From positions 5,067 through 69,066 of the forward strand of contig JAZOBE010000034.1 of assembly GCA_045595785.1 (NCBI GenBank): DNA of 64,000 nucleotides, written 5' to 3'. This DNA is from Eubacteriales bacterium. GTDB taxonomy: Bacteria > Bacillota > Clostridia > Oscillospirales > CAG-382. Made by a program: the position numbers and the translations under genes. The notes beneath the pieces were generated by a model. The model was not told the origin of the DNA. It searched no databases and worked only from the letters and a program-made list of their open reading frames with translations. Of this stretch, positions 9,556 to 18,700 are shown piece after piece; the stretch's first letter is position 1; each line of letters opens with the position of its first letter.

Positions 9556-12225
9556 TCAATCATACAGTTTATCTTTATTTTCATCATCTGCTTCATAATC
9601 TTTTCTGTCGCGGGTTCCGAGAACATTCACTATGATTATCGTTCCGTTTTCGTCGGTATCATAAGTGTGCTCAACACTTGCATGCCAACCGTCCCCAATG
9701 GTTGTAGGAGCGTATTTGCGGTACGCACCGTCAAAAACAGGGAAGTGGCTTTCACCTTTTCCTCGGTATTCCTTCAGTTCCCAATCACAAGTGAGAGTTC
9801 TGTCATACCAATAATCGGTTCTGAATTTCACAATGCCTACTCCGTCGGCATACCATATATCCTTCTTTCCGCCTTGGAATTGAGTGCCGCTTCGTACCAT
9901 TCCCGAAAGCTCGTAGGTAACGTGTCTGCAGTTTTCAAATACACCGCACGGAGTTTCTACGGTTTCATCTTCCAGCACGTCAAGCACGTATTTTGCGCCG
10001 TCCTGAGCGTGCGATCTTGCTTCTGCATGATATCCCGGTATCCATTTTTCGGACCAAACACAGCCAACTGCATCCTTTATCTCGTGTAAAAAGTTTCCGT
10101 ATAATACCTTGTAGCCCTCGTTGCCGATATTCCACATGTTTGCTTTCCACATAAAATTGTATTTAGACGCGCGTCTGTGAGCGCGGAAAAACTTCTTTCC
10201 ATTACCTTCAAGCATATTGTATACGGTAAAAAAATTCCATTTTCCTTTCTCTTTGTAATTGGGATTAATATGCGGATAGCAATTCTGTATTCTGCACATA
10301 ACGTCAGACGCGATATCCGTAAGCAGCTTTTCGCGTTTTGTGGATGCCAGCTTTTTGACTTCGTTTGTAAAATCGCGTACGTCTGTCATTATTTCGTTTC
10401 CGTCATCATCTGTTTCGGAATATGCGTTGGTAAGGTAAGACATAGCTCCGTTCCACGTTTCGATATTATATCTTTTCAAAAGGCTTAAATGACCTGCGGA
10501 AACCACGGCAGTTTCTTTTTCGAAGCTTATTACCTCGAAATAACTGTTTGTTTCATACTCAATGCCGCTATCTGTCTCGCAAACGTAATCCCATCTGTTA
10601 CCTTTTTCAAAGGGAATAACACCATTTCCGCCGATAATGCTATATGAATTCAGCAGCCATGTGTTAAAAACTCCGAATCTTACCGTGTCTTGCTTTACAA
10701 TACCTATTCCGGGGCAAATATACGTTTCACAGCTGTCCAGTCCGTACCTCGTACCGTTATGTACCCATAATTCACAGTTTTCAAATATTCCTGCCGAAGT
10801 TTTCACCTTAATGCCGTTTTCCTTATATGTGAGTGTACAAAAACCATCTGAAGAAGTATAAACGTCTCCCGGACTCATATTCGTATCGTAAATAATACTG
10901 TCACTCTGGCTCGTATTCCAGAATATGCTTTCACCTTGTACGTCCGAACTGCCGAAGGAATATCCCGGCTGCGTCCAGAGCAAAAGCTGTCCGTTTATCC
11001 ATTTGTACACCTCTCCTGTTGCACCGCCGCGATATCTGCTTGTTCGTTTACGGTTAGTTAATTTCGTGTTGCGGTTTTCGATTTCAATAGTTTTTCTAAA
11101 TTCTTCTGCCTTTATTGCGGATAAAGCGTTTGCGTAATATACGTCACAGGGACTTAATACTTCAAGCACTTTGTTATAGCATTGTATGGCGGTATCTCGG
11201 TCTGCTTTATTTGAATATAGCCATCCTGCCCAAAACCAAGTGTATCCGAGAGACTTTACAAAGCCGTGCTTTTCAAGAAAAGGTACTTGCTTTTTCAGCA
11301 TAAATTCAATTCGCTCGTTACCTTCCAATTTATGTGCATCTCGGGATACAACGCTTTGCATAACATCGTCGTTATGCCCTGCAATGGCTTCTTTCTTTAT
11401 TCTCTCATAGACCTCATCATTTCTCTCTCCCTCTATCCACCAGGAACCATGTAAGAGCACGTCAGCTAATGCGTGGGATTTGTCCTTGGAATCCTTAAGA
11501 CTTTCAACGTCCGCGAGAACCCGACGGTACTCAGCTTCAAATCCTTTAGTATCGTTTTTTCTGCTCCACATTTTCAACTGCTCTACTTGACGCATTACAC
11601 GTTGAACAATGGTTTCATTTTCATCATAAGTTTTATCCATAACACCGTATTCCTTTCTTAACAATCTTCGCCCTTCGGAAAGACGCCATTTAACAGTTCC
11701 TACCGGTACGGAAAGCTTTTTGGCTATTTCGGCAACAGATAACTCCTCGAAGTAATGTGCTTTTACAGTTTCGCGTATTTTTTCACTTAAAGCTTCTACA
11801 GCCTCATGCAGGTTTTCGTTTTGTTCCTGCCGATTATTAAAAGCGAGATTAAGTACGTTTTGCAGTTCATCATCTTCGTCGTTCTCTGCGGCAGAGAATT
11901 GAAGTAAATCAAAGCTGATATCTGCAGCTGCACTGCTGTAATGTGTAACTATACTTTTTGCACGATTTTTTGCAATACTGCACACCCAGGATCCGAACTT
12001 TTCTCTTTCACGCAAAGAGTCAAGTTTCATCCAAGCGGAAACAAATGCATCCTGCGAAGCGTCCTCCGCTGAGTATTTGTTGCCGGTCACCTTGTATGCG
12101 GTTCCTTGTACGCTTTTTTGATGACGTGAAACCAGCTCTTCGTATGCGTTTGCGTTTCCAAGCAGTGTCATTTCTACCAAGGTGCTGTCTACGGTATCTT
12201 TGTAGCCGTTTTTGTAATCGTTCAT
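9556..12225 (-). CDS. ECF-type sigma-70 family domain fused to a ~700-aa soluble C-terminal extension
   Basis: 889 aa. Region 2 motif AEDASQDAFVSAWMKL. Region 4.2 HTH LSVAEIAKKLSVPVGTVKWRLSEGRRLLRKE (within aa ~1-195). This is followed by a helical segment and two related beta-rich modules (G[IV]FENC...G[IV]GIVK). No TM segment seen. Confidence 0.8.
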   Translation of the reverse strand: MNDYKNGYKDTVDSTLVEMTLLGNANAYEELVSRHQKSVQGTAYKVTGNKYSAEDASQDAFVSAWMKLDSLREREKFGSWVCSIAKNRAKSIVTHYSSAAADISFDLLQFSAAENDEDDELQNVLNLAFNNRQEQNENLHEAVEALSEKIRETVKAHYFEELSVAEIAKKLSVPVGTVKWRLSEGRRLLRKEYGVMDKTYDENETIVQRVMRQVEQLKMWSRKNDTKGFEAEYRRVLADVESLKDSKDKSHALADVLLHGSWWIEGERNDEVYERIKKEAIAGHNDDVMQSVVSRDAHKLEGNERIEFMLKKQVPFLEKHGFVKSLGYTWFWAGWLYSNKADRDTAIQCYNKVLEVLSPCDVYYANALSAIKAEEFRKTIEIENRNTKLTNRKRTSRYRGGATGEVYKWINGQLLLWTQPGYSFGSSDVQGESIFWNTSQSDSIIYDTNMSPGDVYTSSDGFCTLTYKENGIKVKTSAGIFENCELWVHNGTRYGLDSCETYICPGIGIVKQDTVRFGVFNTWLLNSYSIIGGNGVIPFEKGNRWDYVCETDSGIEYETNSYFEVISFEKETAVVSAGHLSLLKRYNIETWNGAMSYLTNAYSETDDDGNEIMTDVRDFTNEVKKLASTKREKLLTDIASDVMCRIQNCYPHINPNYKEKGKWNFFTVYNMLEGNGKKFFRAHRRASKYNFMWKANMWNIGNEGYKVLYGNFLHEIKDAVGCVWSEKWIPGYHAEARSHAQDGAKYVLDVLEDETVETPCGVFENCRHVTYELSGMVRSGTQFQGGKKDIWYADGVGIVKFRTDYWYDRTLTCDWELKEYRGKGESHFPVFDGAYRKYAPTTIGDGWHASVEHTYDTDENGTIIIVNVLGTRDRKDYEADDENKDKLYD

Positions 12226-12326
12226 TACTTTTCCTCTGTTTGTTTTTTGTTGCCGTTTTCTGGGCTTTCATTTATAAGAGTGTAAAAATCGGCAAAAAGG
12301 TTGGGTGTTAAATAAAAAATATAAGA

Positions 12327-12352
12327 AAAGGAAAGCAAAAACGCTTTCCTTT
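12327..12352 (-). terminator. terminator of the comM operon (minus strand)
   Basis: aaaggaaagc-aaaaac-gctttccttt. The minus strand shows a T-rich tail after the stem. Confidence 0.6.
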
Positions 12353-12362
12353 AATAGAACTG

Positions 12363-13298
12363 TTATTTTTCGTCTCCTATAGAGAGCATTGCAAGAAGAT
12401 CGTCTATAGACGTGGCTTTTGAATAATCTTCGGATTTTTTTTGCGGATTATTCTTCGGTGCGGTGTTTTCAGAAGTCTCAACTCTATTCGAGTCGGGGAG
12501 GGGAGGTACTTCGGACGCCTTTTCATCTTCGGATTCATCTGACTTGAATTCGGAAATGAAAAGCTCGTCCTTGTCGTCATCGGGTAAGTCGATAGGTCCG
12601 GTCTTTTCAAAATCGGTGTGTATAAATAAGTCTTTTTTAGGCGTTTCGCTATCGGTGGATAATTCTTGTTCGAAACTTTCTTCAACTTTTGTCGTTTCTT
12701 CGACGGGCTCGGTAATAGAAGCACTATCAAGCATATAAGTTTCACTTTCATTAAACAGATCCGCGTTTGTGCCAAGATGTATCTGAAGGAGAGCCTTGAT
12801 AATACTCCCGATAGGCTCTTTTACCTCGGCCTGCCGTATCATAATAGCAGGCATATTATTGGAAATATTCTCGTCAATTGATTTTTTTTGTTTTTTATTT
12901 ATGTTCTTGTATGCTAACTCCAGATTGACAATATCAATACCGATATATGCAGAATCGTCTTTTCCGCATACTTTGGCATCCTTCACGTTAGACCATTCGA
13001 TAAACAGACCGTTTTTGTTCTTCCCGGTAAAGTCGTATAGACCGTCTTCGGTAAAAACAATTGCATACGGGCGTACCAGCCACTGTGTCATACCTGAAAC
13101 CAGTAAGCAGAACCCGATAACCAAAGAAACACCGCCAACAGACAGAAAGACAATGTTTTTTGTAAAATCCTCAATTCCGGATGAAACAGCCAGCGGAAGG
13201 ATGAGAAGTACTATTCCGGAAACAGTCATTAAGCCGCCTAAAATAGCACTAAGCAGACCTTTTCGCTTAGTTTTGTTATAAAAAATAGGTTTTTGCAC
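12363..13298 (-). CDS. hypothetical membrane protein (2 TM helices, a PH-like domain and a long acidic disordered tail)
   Basis: 311 aa. TM segments LLSAILGGLMTVSGIVLLILPLAV and IVFLSVGGVSLVIGFCLLVSG. The C-terminal ~130 aa are D/E/S/K-rich and end in SIDDLLAMLSIGDEK. Confidence 0.6.
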   Translation of the reverse strand: MQKPIFYNKTKRKGLLSAILGGLMTVSGIVLLILPLAVSSGIEDFTKNIVFLSVGGVSLVIGFCLLVSGMTQWLVRPYAIVFTEDGLYDFTGKNKNGLFIEWSNVKDAKVCGKDDSAYIGIDIVNLELAYKNINKKQKKSIDENISNNMPAIMIRQAEVKEPIGSIIKALLQIHLGTNADLFNESETYMLDSASITEPVEETTKVEESFEQELSTDSETPKKDLFIHTDFEKTGPIDLPDDDKDELFISEFKSDESEDEKASEVPPLPDSNRVETSENTAPKNNPQKKSEDYSKATSIDDLLAMLSIGDEK

Positions 13299-13303
13299 AG
13301 TAG

Positions 13304-14011
13304 TTACCTGCCTTGCTTGTACTTTGCTTCGTCAAGAATAGCGAAATCATGGTAGACCTGAAGATTTGCAACCTCTTCATCGCCGTAATAAACTGTAAGA
13401 TATAATGCGGTACGAGTGTTAAGTACCTGACCGTTATCCTCGTTTATATCGGGCTCTCCGTGGGAGAAATCTCCGTCATCAAAAAAGTATTGGTTCGTGG
13501 TTTTATCTATTTCTACTCCGCCAAAGGAAACGCGGGCAAATCCGTAATCGTTTTTCGAAGTGAATTCCACGTTACATACTTGGTATTCTTTTCCATTTTT
13601 ATCGGTAAGCTTCACCGTGAAGGGAAGTGACTTATCCTTTTCACCGGTAAATCTTTTCATACGGTAACGCAGTCCGATTTCAAACTCTTTGGCATCTTCT
13701 GCGTAATAGTTGTTGCGAATCTGTATGGTGCCATCTTCATTCATGGTAGAAGCGGTCTGCACAGAATAAACAGTAAAATCATCACCAAGCTTTTGTGCGA
13801 TAATTACGGCATCGTCAGAAAAATACATTTCCTTTAAAAGCCTTGCGTCGGTACTGGTGAATATTCTGAAAAGAATTATTCCCCAGACGAGTGCGCAAAT
13901 CCCCCAAAATGTATATCTGAATATCTGCTTGATTATCCATCCTGCTTTGGATGATCTTTCTTTTTCTAATTTTCTTTCTTCTTCCGGAAAATGCTTGCCT
14001 TCGTAATCCAT
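13304..14011 (-). CDS. hypothetical single-pass membrane protein
   Basis: 235 aa. One TM segment (FWGICALVWGIILFRIF) followed by a ~170-aa beta-rich domain. Lies 15 nt downstream of comM and 5 nt upstream of the next gene. Confidence 0.55.
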   Translation of the reverse strand: MDYEGKHFPEEERKLEKERSSKAGWIIKQIFRYTFWGICALVWGIILFRIFTSTDARLLKEMYFSDDAVIIAQKLGDDFTVYSVQTASTMNEDGTIQIRNNYYAEDAKEFEIGLRYRMKRFTGEKDKSLPFTVKLTDKNGKEYQVCNVEFTSKNDYGFARVSFGGVEIDKTTNQYFFDDGDFSHGEPDINEDNGQVLNTRTALYLTVYYGDEEVANLQVYHDFAILDEAKYKQGR

Positions 14012-14026
14012 TGAGTTACCTCGTTA

Positions 14027-15556
14027 TTATGACCAATATTTTCTGTCAAGCGATCTCAAATGCATCGCTTGTGCTATGTGTGCTCTTTCAATTTTTTCGC
14101 TTTCTTTTAAGTCCGCGATAGTTCTTGCAACTTTAAGAAGTCTATCGTGTCCGCGAGCAGAAAGAGAAAGCACCTTGTACGCTTTCTCCAGCGTTTGTTC
14201 TGCATCCGATGTCATACTGCAATACTTACGCATCTGCGATGATGACAAAGCGGAATTGGGTACAAATTCATTCTTGTCTGAAAAACGTCTGGAAGCGAAC
14301 TCGCGTGATGCGATAACACGTTCTCTGATCTGTGCACTGGTTTCTTCTTCGGAATCTCCGTGAAGATCTCTGTAATCCAGTTGCGGAACTTCAGTCTGAA
14401 TATCAATTCTGTCAAGCAGGGGACCGGATATTCTTGAAATATAATCGTGCCTTGAAGCGGGAGAGCAAGTGCACTCTCTGGTGGGATGTCCGAAATATCC
14501 GCATTTACAAGGGTTCATTGCACAGACAAGCATAAAACTCGCCGGGTATGTAATCGTGTTGTTAACCCTTGATACAGTAACGCTTCGACTTTCCAACGGT
14601 TGGCGCAACGCTTCTCTGGTTACCTTGGAAAATTCGGTGAATTCGTCTAGGAAAAGCACACCGTTGTTTGCGAGCGAGATCTCGCCGGGGCGCGGTATGA
14701 TGCCTCCACCTATAAGAGCGTTAGGAGAAGCCGAATGATGAGGATTTCTGTATGGGCGCTTTGTAATAAGCCCACCGGTATGTAAGCCTGCTACGGAATA
14801 AATCTCAGTACATTCTATGGCTTCTTTAAGTGAAAGCGGAGGAAGAATCGACGGAATTCTTGATGCGATCATACTTTTTCCTGAACCGGGAGGCCCGATG
14901 AGCAGCAAATTGTGTCCGCCGGCAGCTGCAATTTCTGCAGCAAATTTTGCGGCAGACTGACCTTTAACGTCGCAAAAATCAAGCGGGTGGCTGTTGGTGT
15001 ATTTCAAGAAATCATCTTCATCAAATACTGTTTTGCTGATTAATTCTTTCCCGGTCAAATGGTCAAGCAGCTGACGGATATTTTTAACGGGATAAACGTC
15101 AATGCCTATAGCAGCAGACGCTTCTGCAGCATTGATCTCGGGAACATAGATCTCTTTCAATCCGTTGTCTCGTGCGGCGGTCGCCATAGCTAGGCAGCCG
15201 TTTATACCGCGTAGATCTCCTGTAAGCGACAGTTCTCCTACAAAGCATTTTTCAGATAAGTTACAAAGATTCAAGCTTACCTCGTCGATAATGGAAAGTA
15301 GTATAGGGAGGTCGTATATAGAGCCCTCTTTTTTGAAGTCTGCAGGGGCAAGGTTTACGGTAAGCACGCCTTTTTTGATGTTAAAGCAATTGGATTTTGC
15401 GGCAGAATAAACACGTCCCGATGCTTCTTTTACAGCAGCGTCAGGCAAACCGATTATATCAAGACGCGGCTTCGAGGAATTCGAAGCACCGGCTTCAACA
15501 GAAACAGTTATTCCGTCAATCCCGGAAAGTGCAACCGAATTAACAACGGTGATCAT
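14027..15556 (-). CDS. comM: YifB/ComM family Mg-chelatase-like AAA+ ATPase
   Basis: 509 aa. Lon-like N-domain. Walker A LLLIGPPGSGKSM, Walker B VLFLDEF. Cys-rich CKCGYFGHPTRECTC insert typical of this family. Confidence 0.9.
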   Translation of the reverse strand: MITVVNSVALSGIDGITVSVEAGASNSSKPRLDIIGLPDAAVKEASGRVYSAAKSNCFNIKKGVLTVNLAPADFKKEGSIYDLPILLSIIDEVSLNLCNLSEKCFVGELSLTGDLRGINGCLAMATAARDNGLKEIYVPEINAAEASAAIGIDVYPVKNIRQLLDHLTGKELISKTVFDEDDFLKYTNSHPLDFCDVKGQSAAKFAAEIAAAGGHNLLLIGPPGSGKSMIASRIPSILPPLSLKEAIECTEIYSVAGLHTGGLITKRPYRNPHHSASPNALIGGGIIPRPGEISLANNGVLFLDEFTEFSKVTREALRQPLESRSVTVSRVNNTITYPASFMLVCAMNPCKCGYFGHPTRECTCSPASRHDYISRISGPLLDRIDIQTEVPQLDYRDLHGDSEEETSAQIRERVIASREFASRRFSDKNEFVPNSALSSSQMRKYCSMTSDAEQTLEKAYKVLSLSARGHDRLLKVARTIADLKESEKIERAHIAQAMHLRSLDRKYWS

Positions 15557-15703
15557 ATACTACCTCCATACTTTTCTAAAATAAATATAACATATTTATT
15601 TCTCATAATCAAGCGCGAGTACATATTTTTAACCAATAAAATGATGAAAATTCACAGAAAAGAAAACTAAAAAATATTTTTTGTGGAAAAAAGAAAAATT
15701 GTC

Positions 15704-15732
15704 TTTACATGTCGGCAAAAAAATGTTATTAT
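15704..15732 (+). promoter_or_regulatory. putative sigmaA promoter of the PFOR gene (TTTACA-17 nt-TATTAT)
   Basis: Hexamers at 15704-15709 and 15727-15732, about 30 nt upstream of ATG 15764. Confidence 0.4.
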
Positions 15733-15763
15733 ATACTGAATGAAAATAGGAGGTATAATAATT

Positions 15764-18700
15764 ATGTCCAGAAACAAAAGGTCAATGGATGGTAATACAG
15801 CTGCCGCTCACGTAGCGTATGCGTTTACCGAAGTTGCCGCAATTTACCCTATCACACCTTCCAGCGTAATGGCTGAGCTTACTGACTCCTGGTCCGCTTC
15901 AGGTCAGAAGAATGTTTTCGGCGACGAAGTAAAAGTTGTTGAAATGCAGTCTGAAGCAGGCGCAGCAGGTACCGTTCACGGCTCTCTTGCAGCCGGTGCG
16001 CTTACTACTACATTTACCGCTTCCCAGGGTCTTCTCCTTATGATCCCTAACATGTACAAGATTGCAGGTGAGTTGCTACCTTGCGTAATTCACTGTGCGG
16101 CGCGTTGCGTAGCATCTCACGCTCTTAACATTTTCGGTGATCATTGTGACGTTTACGCATGCCGCCAGACCGGCTTTGCTATGATGGCAGAATCCAACCC
16201 TCAGGAAGTTATGGACCTTGCCGCAGTAGCACACCTTTCCGCTATCAAGGGCAGAGTTCCCGTTCTTAACTATTTCGACGGCTTCAGAACCTCTCACGAG
16301 ATTCAGAAGATCGAAGAGTGGGATTATGCCGATCTTGCAGATATGCTTGATAAAGATGCTGTTGCAGCTTTCCGTGCAAGATCTCTCAACCCCGCTCATC
16401 CCGTTCTCCGCGGCTCTGCAGAAAACGGTGATATTTTCTTCCAGCACAGAGAAGCTTGCAATACTTATTATGACGCGTTCCCCGCAATTGTTGAAGAATA
16501 TATGAATAAGGTAAACGAGAAGATCGGTACCGATTATAAGCTCTTTAACTATTACGGTGCTCCTGATGCTGAAAAGGTTATCGTTGCAATGGGCTCTGTA
16601 TGCGATGTTGCAGAAGAGGTTATTGACTACCTTACCGCAAAGGGTGAGAAGGTTGGTCTTATCAAGGTAAGACTTTACAGACCTTTCTCTCCTAAACATC
16701 TTATTGACGCTATTCCCGCAACTGCAAAGAAGATCGCCGTTCTTGACCGTACCAAGGAACCCGGCTCTCTCGGCGAACCTCTTTATCTTGATGTTGTTAC
16801 CGCTCTTCGTCAGAACGGTTATACCGGTACTATCGTTGGTGGTAGATACGGTCTGGGAAGCAAGGATACTCCTCCTTCCGTTATTTTCGCTACATTTAAG
16901 AATCTTGACGCTGAGGAACCTAAGAACGGCTTTACCCTCGGCATCGTAGATGACGTTACCGGTCGCTCTCTTCCTGAAGAAGTTTGCCCTGACACAGCTC
17001 CCGAAGGAACTATTTCCTGCAAGTTCTGGGGCTTGGGCGGTGACGGTACCGTTGGTGCAAACAAGAACTCTATTAAGATCATCGGCGACCATACCGATAA
17101 GTTTATTCAGGCATACTTCCAGTATGACTCCAAGAAGACCGGCGGTGTTACTATTTCTCACCTCCGCTTCGGCGATAAGCCTATCAAGTCTCCTTATTAT
17201 ATTACTAAGGCAAACTTTGTTGCATGTCATAATCCCAGCTATATAAACAAGGGCTATAAGATTGTTAATGATGTTAAACCCGGCGGAACCTTCCTTCTCA
17301 ATTGCCAGTGGAGCCCCGAGGAGCTTAACGAGCACCTTCCTGCAGAGGTTAAACGTTATATTGCCGATAATGACATTAATTTCTATACCGTTAACGCTAT
17401 CGATAAAGCGCGCGAGATCGGTATGGGTAAGAGAACCAATACCATACTTCAGGCGGCATTCTTTGCTCTCGCAAATATTATGCCTATCGAGAACGCTGTT
17501 GAGTACATGAAGTACATGGCTAAGAAGTCCTACATGAAGAAGGGCGAAGCCGTTGTTGAAATGAACTACAAGGCTATCGATGCCGGCGTAGACGCTATTG
17601 TTAAGATTGACGTTCCCGCTGAATGGAAGACCGCTTCCGCTTGCGGTGCAGCTGCTTCCGTTTCCGGCGACAGACCTGAAGTTGTTAAGTTTGTAGAAAA
17701 CATAGTTCTCCCCGTTGCAAAGATGAACGGCGATTCACTTCCCGTAAGTGCGTTCGTTGATTACGTTGACGGTACCTTCCCTCAGGGTGCTGCGGCTTAC
17801 GAAAAGCGCGGTGTTGCAGTTGACGTTCCTCAGTGGATTCCCGAAAACTGTATCCAGTGTAACCAGTGCGCTTATGTTTGTCCTCATGCTACCATCCGTC
17901 CTTATGCTCTTAACGAAGAAGAAGTTGCTTCCGCACCTGCTTCTCTTAAGTCCAAGAAGATGGTGGGCAAGGGCTGCGAAAACTTTATGTTTACTATGGC
18001 GGTAAGTCCTCTTGACTGCATGGGTTGTACTCTCTGCGTTTCTGCTTGTCCCGCAAAGGAAAAAGCACTTGTTATGAAGAGCCAGGAATCTCAGTCCGAG
18101 CAGGCTGAAGCTTGGAACTACTGTGTTGATAAGGTCAGCAAGAAGGATCTGCCTTTTGCACCCAACACTCTCAAGGGAAGCCAGTTCCAGCAGCCTCTGC
18201 TTGAGTTCTCCGGTTCTTGTGCAGGCTGTGCCGAAACATCTTATGCGCGTCTTATCACCCAGCTTTTTGGTGAAAGAATGTACATCTCCAATGCTACCGG
18301 ATGTTCTTCCATCTGGGGCGGCTCCGCACCTGCTACTCCTTACACCGTAAACAGAGATAGCGGCCGTGGTCCTGCTTGGGCTAACAGCTTGTTTGAGGAT
18401 AATGCAGAGCACGGTCTCGGTATCCATCTCGGTCAGAAGGCTATTCGTGAGCGTCTTATCGGTTACGTTAAGTCTCTTGATTATTCCGAATGTCCCGAAT
18501 GTCAGGCTAAACTTGATGCATACCTCAACACTCTCGACGACGGTCAGGCAAACGCTGTTGCTACCGAAGCAATGGTTAAGATGCTTGAAGAATGTGTATG
18601 CAAAGAAGCTTGTGATTGCTGCGAGACTGAACGTAAGATCCTTGCCGAAAAGGATTACCTTGCCAAGAAGTCTGTTTGGATCTTCGGCGGCGACGGTTGG

